Shown: in pieces, positions 39,433-48,490 of the stretch
Layout of the letters: every line of letters starts with the position of its first letter
Numbering within the stretch: the first letter of the stretch is position 1
Notes under the pieces: model-generated
The model's database searches: none
What the model was told of the DNA's origin: nothing
Seen by the model: the letters and a program-made list of their open reading frames with translations, nothing else
Source of the DNA: an uncultured Stakelama sp.
Lineage (GTDB): Bacteria; Pseudomonadota; Alphaproteobacteria; Sphingomonadales; Sphingomonadaceae
DNA: 64,000 nt
Assembly: GCA_964419295.1 (NCBI GenBank)
Contig: CAYQPM010000001.1
Coordinates: 8,550 to 72,549 of the forward strand
Direction: 5' to 3'
Made by a program: the position numbers and the translations under genes

Positions 39433-40221
39433 ATGGCTACGCTTCTCGATCCCAGTGCCCGCGGGCGCGTCATCCTCGTCGGTGCGGGACCGGGCGATCC
39501 CGGGCTGCTGACCGTGCGCGCGGTCGAGGCGCTCAGGAGTGCCGATGTCGTGGTGCACGACGGCCTGATCGACCCGCGCGTGCTCGATATCGCGCCGCCG
39601 GACGCACAGCGGATCTCCGTCGCGAAGCAGCGGGCGCGGCATACGCTTCCGCAGGAGGCGATCAACGCCTTGATCGTCGCGCATGTGAAGACCGGCGCGA
39701 TAGTGATCCGGCTGAAGGGTGGCGATCCCTTCATCTTCGGTCGCGGCGGAGAAGAGGTCGAGGCGGTGCGCGCCGCCGGCCTGCCGGTCGAGGTCATCCC
39801 CGGCGTATCCGCCGCGCTTGGGTGCGCGGCAGAGGCGATGCTGCCGCTCACCCACCGCGACCATTCGAGCGCGGTCAGCTTCGTCGCGGGCCAGTGCAAG
39901 GGTTTGTCCGAACAGGATTGGTCCGGCCTCGCCGGGCAGGGGCGCACGCTCGTCATCTACATGGGTGTCGCGACCGCGACCGACATCGCCGACAAGCTGA
40001 TGGCCGATGGCGTCGCGCCCGACATGCCGGTGGCGGTGCTGGAGCGCGGCACGCTCGCCGGCAGTCGCGCGATCCGCACGTTGCTCGCCGACCTCGGCCC
40101 GATGGTGGCGCGCGAGGCGGTGCAAAGCCCGGCGATCATCGTCGTCGGAGAGGTCGTCGAACTCTCGGACGCCGAGGACAAGCTCGCGCGCTGGGCACGC
40201 ATCGCGGAGGCGGCGGCATGA
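39433..40221 (+). CDS. cobA: Uroporphyrinogen-III C-methyltransferase
   Basis: VGAGPGDPGLLT and RLKGGDPFIFGRGGEE motifs. Confidence 0.95.
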   Translation: MATLLDPSARGRVILVGAGPGDPGLLTVRAVEALRSADVVVHDGLIDPRVLDIAPPDAQRISVAKQRARHTLPQEAINALIVAHVKTGAIVIRLKGGDPFIFGRGGEEVEAVRAAGLPVEVIPGVSAALGCAAEAMLPLTHRDHSSAVSFVAGQCKGLSEQDWSGLAGQGRTLVIYMGVATATDIADKLMADGVAPDMPVAVLERGTLAGSRAIRTLLADLGPMVAREAVQSPAIIVVGEVVELSDAEDKLARWARIAEAAA

Positions 40222-40514
40222 GGCTGTTGACCGGGAACGACCTGCCGAGCGGCGATGTCCTGTGGTGGACCGGCACCGGCTGGTCGCGACACGTCGAGGA
40301 TGCCGCTGACGTCGGCCAGGACGGCGAGGCGATCCTTCAGGCCGAGGAAGGCGCGCGCCGGATCAACGTACCGTATCTGATCGATGCCATTCCCACGCCG
40401 GACGGCCCCCGCCCCGCCCACATCAAGGACCGCATCCGCGCGCTCGGCCCAACGGTTCGGCCCGACCTGACGCTGAAGCCCGCCGACCCGTCGGCGGGCA
40501 GCTGGGTAATCTGA
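40218..40514 (+). CDS. DUF2849 family protein
   Basis: MRLLTGNDL..GDVLWW...RIRALGPTV; ATGA overlap with cobA. Confidence 0.85.
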   Translation: MRLLTGNDLPSGDVLWWTGTGWSRHVEDAADVGQDGEAILQAEEGARRINVPYLIDAIPTPDGPRPAHIKDRIRALGPTVRPDLTLKPADPSAGSWVI

Positions 40515-40837
40515 CCAACCAGTCCACGACGTCGCGAGTGCCGATCGTCGCGCTCTAACGTTCGGATGGGCCGGCACAGGCCGGTTCGCCTGGGGCGCCT
40601 GCCTTCAACAAGCTCGTGCTTCCGATGTCATCGTCATCGCTTCACCGATCGATCGACAGCGGACATGATCCCAAGTCATGCGTCAGATATCTCACGCGAT
40701 TTGGGCACTGGTAGATTGCCTTGCTGGCGGCGAAGCATCCCTCGTTTGTAGCGCGCGCACCGCTCCACCATCTAATGTGATACTGGCGACGGGGTCCCAT
40801 GTACCCCGCCCCGCGCGACGTGAGATCCGGATCAACG

Positions 40838-42469
40838 ATGTACAGATACGACCAATATGACCAGGCGATCGTCGATGCCCGAGTCGACGAATTCCGCGAT
40901 CAGGTGGAGCGGCGGCTGTCCGGACAGCTGACCGAGGACCAGTTCAAGCCTTTGCGGCTGATGAACGGCCTCTATCTGCAATTGCATGCCTATATGCTGC
41001 GCGTGGCCATACCCTATGGCACGCTCGATTCGCGCCAGATGCGGATGCTCGGCAGCATCGCGCGCCAGTACGACCGCGGCTACGGTCACTTCACAACGCG
41101 GCAGAATCTGCAGTTCAACTGGATCAAGCTCGCCGACACGCCGGACATCCTGGCGAAGCTGGCGACGGTCGAGATGCACGCGATCCAGACCAGCGGCAAT
41201 TGCATCCGCAACATCAGCGCCGACCAATATGCCGGCGCCGCTGCCGACGAAGTTGCCGATCCCCGCCCCTGGGCCGAGCTGATCCGCCAGTGGAGCACCT
41301 TCCACCCGGAATTCAGCTACCTGCCGCGCAAATTCAAGATCGCGGTGATCGCCGCCGCCGAGGATCGCGCGGCGATGCGGCTGCACGATATCGGCATCCA
41401 GCTGGTCGAACGCGACGGCGAACTGGGCGCGACGATCTACGTCGGCGGCGGCATGGGCCGCACCCCGATGATCAGCCACCTGATCCGCGACTTCGTCACC
41501 GCCGACGACCTGATGAGCTACCTGGAAGCGTGCCTGCGCGTCTACAATCGCTATGGCCGCCGCGACAATATCTACAAGGCGCGGATCAAGATCCTGCTGC
41601 ACGAGATCGGCGCGGACGAATATCGTCGCCAGGTCGAGGAGGAATTCGTCGCGGTCAAGCAGTTGGGGATCGATCCGCCGCGTGCCGAACTCGACCGCAT
41701 CACCGCGATGTTCGCAGCCCCTGCGTTCGACACGGCCGCATCTGACGAACTCGACCGCAGCGACCATGCATTTGCCGTGTGGCTCCACCAGAATGTCGCG
41801 GCACACAAGCAGGCCGGCTATCGCATCGTCAACGTCAGCCTGAAGCCGGCGGGTGGCATTCCCGGCGATGCCAGCGCCGACCAGATCGATCTACTCGCCG
41901 ACCTTGGCGCGCGCTATTCGTTCGACGAGCTGCGCGTGACCCATGCCCAGAACATCGTACTGCCGCATGTCGCGGTACGCGACCTGAAGGCGGTGTGGCA
42001 GGCGCTGGACGCTGCGGGACTGGCCGAGCCGAACCTCGACCTGATTACCGACATCATCGCCTGCCCCGGCCTGGATTATTGCAGCCTCGCCAACGCGCGT
42101 TCGATTCCGCTGGCGCAGAAGATCGCGAACCGCTTCGCCGACCGCGATCGGCAGCGGGACCTTGGCGAACTGAAGCTCAAGATCAGCGGCTGCATCAACG
42201 CCTGCGGCCACCATCATGCCGGCCACATCGGCATCCTCGGCGTCGACAAAAAGGGCGTCGAGAATTTTCAGCTGTCGCTGGGCGGGTCCGGGGCGGAGGA
42301 CGTCAGCCTCGCCAAGATCACCGGACCCGGCTTCTCGGAGGACGGCGTGGTCGATGCGATCGAACGCGTCACCGACACCTATGTCGCGATGCGGACGGAG
42401 GGCGAGCGCTTCCTCGACACCTACCGCCGAGTCGGCTTCGAACCGTTCAAGGAGGCGATCTATGGTTGA
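40838..42469 (+). CDS. cysI: Nitrite/sulfite reductase hemoprotein
   Basis: LRLMNGLY, HFTTRQN, LPRKFK, ACPGLDYCSLA, SGCINACGHH. Confidence 0.92.
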   Translation: MYRYDQYDQAIVDARVDEFRDQVERRLSGQLTEDQFKPLRLMNGLYLQLHAYMLRVAIPYGTLDSRQMRMLGSIARQYDRGYGHFTTRQNLQFNWIKLADTPDILAKLATVEMHAIQTSGNCIRNISADQYAGAAADEVADPRPWAELIRQWSTFHPEFSYLPRKFKIAVIAAAEDRAAMRLHDIGIQLVERDGELGATIYVGGGMGRTPMISHLIRDFVTADDLMSYLEACLRVYNRYGRRDNIYKARIKILLHEIGADEYRRQVEEEFVAVKQLGIDPPRAELDRITAMFAAPAFDTAASDELDRSDHAFAVWLHQNVAAHKQAGYRIVNVSLKPAGGIPGDASADQIDLLADLGARYSFDELRVTHAQNIVLPHVAVRDLKAVWQALDAAGLAEPNLDLITDIIACPGLDYCSLANARSIPLAQKIANRFADRDRQRDLGELKLKISGCINACGHHHAGHIGILGVDKKGVENFQLSLGGSGAEDVSLAKITGPGFSEDGVVDAIERVTDTYVAMRTEGERFLDTYRRVGFEPFKEAIYG

Positions 42470-42893
42470 TGCAGCCCTGCTCCGCTTCCGCGACGACGAG
42501 CCCCACGACGAACCTGCGGTGACGCTCGATGCGTTTCTGGGGCAAAGCAACGCCACCGCCGTTCGGCTGGAAGCGGGCGAGGATGCGCGCGCGCTGCTGC
42601 CGCAGCTGGGCCAATTGGCGATGGTCGAGGTCAGCTTTCCGACGTTTCGCGACGGCCGGGGCTATAGTGCGGCGCGGGTGCTGCGCGAGGCCGGCTATAC
42701 CGGCGAACTGCGCGCCGCCGGCGACGTGCTGGTCGACCAGCTGCCGCTGATGCGACGCTGCGGCTTCGACAGCTTCGCGCCGCAGGCGCCGATCGATGCC
42801 GAGGCGCTGCAACGCAGCCTCGACCGCTACGATTATCGATATCAGGCCGCCGCCGATCCGGTCGTTCCGGTGTGGAAATTGCGTCATGGCTAG
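42462..42893 (+). CDS. DUF934 family protein
   Basis: FPTFRDGRGYS..LR...GELRAAGDVLVDQ..MRRCGFD. Confidence 0.9.
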   Translation: MVDAALLRFRDDEPHDEPAVTLDAFLGQSNATAVRLEAGEDARALLPQLGQLAMVEVSFPTFRDGRGYSAARVLREAGYTGELRAAGDVLVDQLPLMRRCGFDSFAPQAPIDAEALQRSLDRYDYRYQAAADPVVPVWKLRHG

Positions 42894-43638
42894 CCGTGCG
42901 ATCGATACGATCGACGTTGCCCCGCCCTTCACCACCGCCGATGCCGCCGCGATGCAGATCCGCTTCGCCGGCGTGCCGGCCGCGGCGATGCTGCGAGACC
43001 TGCTGACCGGCGAGCTGGCCGGCCGCATCGCCTCCGTGTCGTCCTATGGCGCCGAGTCCGCGGTGCTGCTGCACATGGTGGCGCAGATCGACAGGGACGT
43101 GCCGGTGATCTTCACCAACACGCAAAAGATGTTCGGTGAGACGCTCGCCTATCGCGACGCCTTGTCGGAGCGGCTGGGCCTGACCGACCTGCGCGTCTTC
43201 CGTCCCGACCCTCATCTGCTCGCGGCGCGGGACGCGACCGGCATGCGCTGGTCCTACGATCCCGACGGCTGCTGCGAGATCCGCAAGGTCGAGCCGCTGC
43301 GGCGGGCGCTGGCGCCGTTCGACGCCTGGATTTCCGGGCGCAAGGGCTTCCAGGCCGGTACGCGCACGGCGATGCCGCGCTTCGAGGAGGACGAGGGTCG
43401 GCTGAAGATCAACCCGCTCGCAGACTGGAACAAGACGCAGCTCGACGGCTATTTCGAGGAACACGAACTGCCGCGCCACCCGCTGGAGGCGCAAGGCTAT
43501 CTGTCGATCGGCTGCGCGCCCTGCACCAGCAAGGTCAAGCCCGGCGAAGACCCTCGGGCCGGCCGCTGGCGTGGCTGGGACAAGGTGGAATGCGGCATCC
43601 ACATGTCCGCCCTGCCGGGCGACGATCCGGCATTCTGA
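42886..43638 (+). CDS. cysH: Phosphoadenylyl-sulfate (PAPS/APS) reductase
   Basis: SSYGAES, CCEIRKVEPL, GYLSIGCAPCT, RAGRW, ECGIH. Confidence 0.95.
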   Translation: MASRAIDTIDVAPPFTTADAAAMQIRFAGVPAAAMLRDLLTGELAGRIASVSSYGAESAVLLHMVAQIDRDVPVIFTNTQKMFGETLAYRDALSERLGLTDLRVFRPDPHLLAARDATGMRWSYDPDGCCEIRKVEPLRRALAPFDAWISGRKGFQAGTRTAMPRFEEDEGRLKINPLADWNKTQLDGYFEEHELPRHPLEAQGYLSIGCAPCTSKVKPGEDPRAGRWRGWDKVECGIHMSALPGDDPAF

Positions 43639-43997
43639 CAGATTAGGGCTTTTAGTTTAGTGCATTGTGGAGCCAAGCTTGCACTGATTGTGCGGTTCGG
43701 AAGCCGGAAGGTAGGTTGGCATTGGGTGCGGAATGCCAGAATATCGCGGCCACCCGTCAAAGCGGAGGCTGACCGGCACCCTGCCAACGTACACCCCCCG
43801 CCCCGGCCTCGATGTTTGCCCAGGCGGTGACAGATAGAAACCGGTGTGCGTTCAGCTATTCGTCGCGAAGGCGACCGTCGATCTTCATGTCTCTGATCCT
43901 TGCCCACAGGCTTTAAACGGCGGGAGGATCATACTCGTGCCGAGTGAAGATCAGGGAGAACGTCACATCTGCTTTGACCGTGCCGGCCTGCACATGA

Positions 43998-46322
43998 TCA
44001 CGCGGCTTGCCGCCGTTCCTTGGTCATTAGCCGTTCCAGTTTCATCGCCGTCAGCGGGCGGCTGATCCGATATCCTTGCGCCATGTCGCAGCCCGCTTCG
44101 CGCAGGAAGGCGAGGCAGGCGTCGTCCTCGATGCCCTCGGCGACCACCTTCAGGCCGAGGTCGTGGGCGAGATCGATCGTCGAGCGCACCATGAGTTCGT
44201 CGGCGCGGACGAGATGGGCGTGCTGGACGAAGCTGCGGTCGATTTTCAGCTCGGACAGAGGCAGCTGGCGAAGGTAGCTGAGCGTCGATTGGCCGGTGCC
44301 ATAGTCGTCCATCGATATGGCGACACCCTGATCACGGAACGCCGACAGGGTCGCGGCGGCACGCTCAGGATCGGACAGGGTCGCCGATTCGGTGACTTCG
44401 AAGATCAGGCTTTCCGGCGGGACGACGCGTCGCGCCACCAGCGCAGTCACGGATTCGGCGAAGGCCGGAAGCGCGATCAGCGTCGCGGACAGGTTGACGG
44501 CCGCGGTCAGGTCGATCCCCTGCGTCCGCCAGCGTGCCACGTCTTCGATCACCTGCGCCATGACGAACAAGGTCAGCGGCCCGATGCGGTCGGACTGCTC
44601 CGCGAGCGGGATGAAGGCGTCCGGCCCGATCATGCCGCGGACGGGGTGACGCCAGCGCACGAGCGCTTCCACGCCGGTGATCCGATCCGTCGCCAGCGCG
44701 AGCTTGGGCTGGTAATGCACCTCGATCTCGCCGTTGCTCATCGCCTGGTCCAGCTCGCCCATGAGCACCAGACGCCGTTCCATCGCATCGACATCGATCG
44801 CACTATGCTGCCAGAACACACCGGCGGCGGCGGCTTCGCTCGCGGCGCGGATCGCATTGACCAGCCTGTCCGATGGCGTGCCCCTGCCGTCCGCCATGCC
44901 GATATGTACGGCGGCGTCCGTACGGCGACCGAGAATTTCGACGGGTTGGATGAGCAGCGCCTTCAGCCCGGCAATATGCTCGGCGAGCGCATCGGGCGGA
45001 ACGACCAGCTCCAGCGCAAGCAGCCGGTCGGACAAGCGGTAGACACTACCACCCGACGCCAGCCGCAGACGGTCGGCCAGGCGCAGGATCATGTCGTGGC
45101 CGGCCCGCTCGCCCATCAGCGTCACCACCGCATCGAAGTTGCCGACTTGGGCCACGACGATCGGGGTTGCGGCATCCCCACCATAATCGCGCATCATCGC
45201 GCGCTGGTTGGGCAGGCCGGTATCGTCGTCGACGCACCTTTGTCGATCGAACCGCTCGGCGAGGTGCAAGGCGAAGCGACCCAGCATGACCACGCCAAGC
45301 AGCGCGAAGGCCGTCGCAAGCGGATAGACGATCGCCAGATGCCGTTGCGCGAGTATCGCCGCGACGAACAGCAGCAGCGGTGCCGCCGCCGCGACCGGGA
45401 CCGCCAGTGACGCCCGTCGCATCGCCAGCATCAGCGCGCCGAGCAGCAGCGCGCAGATCATCGGCGCGGCGGCGCCTGCCGATGTCGGCACGGCCGCCAT
45501 CAGCGTTTCCGCGGCGAGTGCCTGGACTATGACGCCCGGCAGCACGCCCCAATGCGGCGTCGCATAGCGATCGCCCATCTCGACCGCGGTCGCACCGATC
45601 AGCACGTCTCGCCCGCGAACGAGGGCGGGATCGAACCGGCCGTGCTCGACCGCGACGAAGCTCGTCCGGGGCAGCAAGGCGGGATCGATGCCGAAATCGA
45701 TCGGGAAGAACGCGTCCGCCGTTCCTGAGCGACGCGCCATATAGGCCGACAGCGACGGACGCGGCACGCCGGAGGTGATCGTACCGAAGGGTGCACGGCG
45801 GACGACGCCGTCGGGGTCCGGCTGCATGCTGACCGACGTCAGCGCGGCGTGCCGGCGGAATGCGGGCAGCGGCAGTGCATCGATCGATCGCTGCTCACCC
45901 GATCGATCACGCTGCGCAAAGGTCGGCAACGCCACGATGTCGTTCGCCCGCGCCAACGCTGCCGTCATGGACCGGTCACCGTCCGGCGTGCTCGCCGAGG
46001 AGAAATCGACGTCGAAGGTGATGGACGCCGCGCCCGCGGCGTGCAGGCGATCGATCACCGCCGCATAATGTTCGCGGGGCCATGGCCAGCGACGGATCGC
46101 GGCAACGCTGGCCGCATCCATTTCGACGACGACGACTTGCCCGCTGGGCGATCGGACCGTCGCCGCGACACGCAGCGGATCGATCAGCCGGTCGAGCCGC
46201 TCCCCTATCCCGCTCATGGCGAGCACCATGCCGACGAAAAGCGCGATCGACAGGATCGCACCTGATTTGAAACGATATGATGCGTCGGCGAAAATCAAAA
46301 CGTGCAGCTCCAGGCAGCGCAT
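43998..46322 (-). CDS. CHASE2 sensor - TM - degenerate GGDEF - EAL phosphodiesterase
   Basis: RWPWPR, FDVDFS, DPDGVVRR and LIGATA CHASE2 motifs, 3 TMs, TGLPN, GGDEF replaced by SDRLL, VEALVRW, DDYGTG. Confidence 0.92.
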   Translation of the reverse strand: MRCLELHVLIFADASYRFKSGAILSIALFVGMVLAMSGIGERLDRLIDPLRVAATVRSPSGQVVVVEMDAASVAAIRRWPWPREHYAAVIDRLHAAGAASITFDVDFSSASTPDGDRSMTAALARANDIVALPTFAQRDRSGEQRSIDALPLPAFRRHAALTSVSMQPDPDGVVRRAPFGTITSGVPRPSLSAYMARRSGTADAFFPIDFGIDPALLPRTSFVAVEHGRFDPALVRGRDVLIGATAVEMGDRYATPHWGVLPGVIVQALAAETLMAAVPTSAGAAAPMICALLLGALMLAMRRASLAVPVAAAAPLLLFVAAILAQRHLAIVYPLATAFALLGVVMLGRFALHLAERFDRQRCVDDDTGLPNQRAMMRDYGGDAATPIVVAQVGNFDAVVTLMGERAGHDMILRLADRLRLASGGSVYRLSDRLLALELVVPPDALAEHIAGLKALLIQPVEILGRRTDAAVHIGMADGRGTPSDRLVNAIRAASEAAAAGVFWQHSAIDVDAMERRLVLMGELDQAMSNGEIEVHYQPKLALATDRITGVEALVRWRHPVRGMIGPDAFIPLAEQSDRIGPLTLFVMAQVIEDVARWRTQGIDLTAAVNLSATLIALPAFAESVTALVARRVVPPESLIFEVTESATLSDPERAAATLSAFRDQGVAISMDDYGTGQSTLSYLRQLPLSELKIDRSFVQHAHLVRADELMVRSTIDLAHDLGLKVVAEGIEDDACLAFLREAGCDMAQGYRISRPLTAMKLERLMTKERRQAA

Positions 46323-46373
46323 GTCACCGATAAGCGACCCGGTCCTAACGTTCGGTAATCACCCGACTTGTGG

Positions 46374-46667
46374 TCAGGCGAGCGGTGTGCCGAGCACCCC
46401 TTGCAACCTGGCGTCGGGAATAGCGCCTTCGAACGCGATGCCGGCACGCAGATTCTGTTCCCAGGCGACGATGCCCGCTGTGCTCAGCAAACCGCACCGC
46501 AGCGTAAGGTGAGTGCCGGGTGGCACAGGGGAGCCGACATGGATCAGCGCACCCGACATCGAAATGTTGAGCACATGGGCGCGCCGTTCACTGCCATCGA
46601 TCTCGATGACGCAGGGCTGGAACGCCTTGTAGCGCGGTGCCCGCGTGCGCCCGGCGGCGCCTGTCAC
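46374..46667 (-). CDS. Stand-alone PilZ-domain protein
   Basis: RTRAPR (RxxxR) and NISMSG (D/NxSxxG) c-di-GMP motifs; GTGA overlap with the upstream gene. Confidence 0.85.
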   Translation of the reverse strand: MTGAAGRTRAPRYKAFQPCVIEIDGSERRAHVLNISMSGALIHVGSPVPPGTHLTLRCGLLSTAGIVAWEQNLRAGIAFEGAIPDARLQGVLGTPLA

Positions 46668-48322
46668 TTGCCCTTGACCTTCGTCTGGTCCGCCAGCGCC
46701 TTGGCGGCTTCCTCGGCCTCCTTCGACGCCTTCTTTGCCGCCTCATCGGCCGCCTTCGCAGCGGCCTTCGACGCATCCTCGGCGGCCTTCAACGCATCCT
46801 TGGCAGCCTTTTCGGCCTCCTTGGCAGCGTCGGCGGCAGCCTTGGCCGCGTCCTTCTCGGCATCCTTTGCAGCTTTCTCGGCATCCTTGCCCGCCTTGTC
46901 GGATGCCGCCTTGGCCGCATCGTCGGCAGCCTTTTGCGCTTCCCGCGCGGCCTTCTCCGCGTCCTTGTCGGATGCCATCTTGGCGGCATCCTTCGCCGCC
47001 TTGTCGGCGCTCGCACGTTCCGCCTCGGCACTTGCCTTATCGGCGTCCTCGGCAGCCTTGGCGGCATCGCGCGCCGCCTTGTCGGCAGCCGCCCGGGTCG
47101 AGGCATCGTCGGAAGCGGCTGCGGCATCGGCCGCTGCCTTGGCCAGGCGAGCGGCGTCCGCGGCCGCAGACTGTGCGCTGGCCCGCGCGGCATCCTTGGC
47201 GGACTGCTCGGCCGCCGCCTGCGCCGCCTGTTCGGCAGCGGCAGCAGCCGATTTCGCGGCCTGATCGGCGGCGAGTGCGGCAGCGGCATTGGCGGCGGCG
47301 CTGCGCGCCTGATCGCTCGCGGCCTGTTCGGCGGCGGCGGCGGATTGGGCGGCGGCGGCAGCGGCAGCCTGCGCGGTACGCTCCGCTTCCGTCGTCGCGG
47401 CCGATGCGACGTTCGCACCGGTCGCAACGGCTTTCTCCGCCGCGGCGGCATTCGCCTCATCCGCCCGCGCCGCATTGATCGACATCGCGACTTCGACGAC
47501 CTTGGTGGCCGATGTCGCCGCTTCGGTCGCGGCGCGGGCAGCACCGGCAGCGTCGGCGATGTCCGCCCGCCCGCCGACGGAGCCGGTTACGAGCCCATCC
47601 GTCGTCTTCGCCAGCGACACCGGCTGTTCGTAGACGGCAGCAAGGACGGCGGGAGCCTCGGCTATCTCGGTCGGCGCGGCCGTGGCGATCGGCGCCGGGC
47701 TAGCTGTGGGCACCGACGGCGGTGCGTCGCCGGTTACCGGTGCGTTGGGAGACACGACGACCTTGGTCTTTCCCCCGCTCTCGACCTGCATGCGATAGCG
47801 GTCGCCAGCCGAAATCAGCGCCACTGCGCCCGGCAGCACCAGATCGTGCGCGCCGCCGTCCAGCGTGGCGACGTCGACCGCCCCTTCGATCACCTGCAGC
47901 GCCGTGCCGCGATCGGTCACCCCGACGGAGAATGTCGTGCCCTTGACCACTGCGGCGAGATACGGCGTCTTCACCTCGAAATGCGGCGTCATCTTCTTCT
48001 TGATCATGAAGACGACGTTGCCGAAATCCTCGAACACGCGGGTGAAGCCGGTTGCTTCCTGTTCCGCCACGGGCAGCCGCAACTGGGATGCCGGTGCTAC
48101 CATCATGAACTCCGTGCCGCGCACGAGGACCACGCGTCCGCCCTTGCCGGTCGTCACGGTGTCTCCCGCCTCGACCACGAGGCCGCGCGTGGCGACCTTG
48201 TTCAACCCGGAACGCGATATCTGCACCGGTCCCGACATCTCGCTGACCGTCCAGCGCACAGGCGCAGCGACCGCGATGCTGGAACAGGTGACGGCGAACG
48301 TCGCCAACAGGAACTTGCGCAT
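46664..48322 (-). CDS. Exported FecR-domain protein with long Ala/Lys/Asp-rich helical tail
   Basis: Signal peptide; GDTVTTG...FEVKTPYLAAVVKGTTFSV...VIEGAVDV is the FecR signature; low-complexity C-terminal half; GGAG RBS. Confidence 0.88.
   Translation of the reverse strand: MRKFLLATFAVTCSSIAVAAPVRWTVSEMSGPVQISRSGLNKVATRGLVVEAGDTVTTGKGGRVVLVRGTEFMMVAPASQLRLPVAEQEATGFTRVFEDFGNVVFMIKKKMTPHFEVKTPYLAAVVKGTTFSVGVTDRGTALQVIEGAVDVATLDGGAHDLVLPGAVALISAGDRYRMQVESGGKTKVVVSPNAPVTGDAPPSVPTASPAPIATAAPTEIAEAPAVLAAVYEQPVSLAKTTDGLVTGSVGGRADIADAAGAARAATEAATSATKVVEVAMSINAARADEANAAAAEKAVATGANVASAATTEAERTAQAAAAAAAQSAAAAEQAASDQARSAAANAAAALAADQAAKSAAAAAEQAAQAAAEQSAKDAARASAQSAAADAARLAKAAADAAAASDDASTRAAADKAARDAAKAAEDADKASAEAERASADKAAKDAAKMASDKDAEKAAREAQKAADDAAKAASDKAGKDAEKAAKDAEKDAAKAAADAAKEAEKAAKDALKAAEDASKAAAKAADEAAKKASKEAEEAAKALADQTKVKGK
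46680..47540 (-). repeat. Imperfect coding repeats (DAAKAA / DAEKAA / AADKAA units)
   Basis: Recurrent GGCATCCTT, GCCGCCTTG and GGCAGCC words on the + strand, encoding the tail of the FecR protein. Confidence 0.75.
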
Positions 48323-48490
48323 CGGTATCTCCGGAGCGGACGCCCCATTTGTCCGCGCTCTCTCATCTCACCCGCAACTTTCGAGCCCGTGACCAATTGC
48401 GGTAAACACCGGATTAGGGAGCGGCTAAGCTAACGAAATCACAAGGTTCCTGCCGCTAAGCGACCGTTGCGAACGCACAAAGGGACCGAC

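Noticed and set aside
43639..43997. Searched for an att duplication of the tRNA-Ser 3' end and for integrase remnants
   Set aside because: No match to TGGCGGAGAGGG and no tyrosine-recombinase motif was seen, so no mobile element was called.
46680..47540. Repetitive DNA considered as a CRISPR array or satellite
   Set aside because: The repeats are imperfect, codon-phased and lack spacers; protein low complexity explains them. No cas genes are present.
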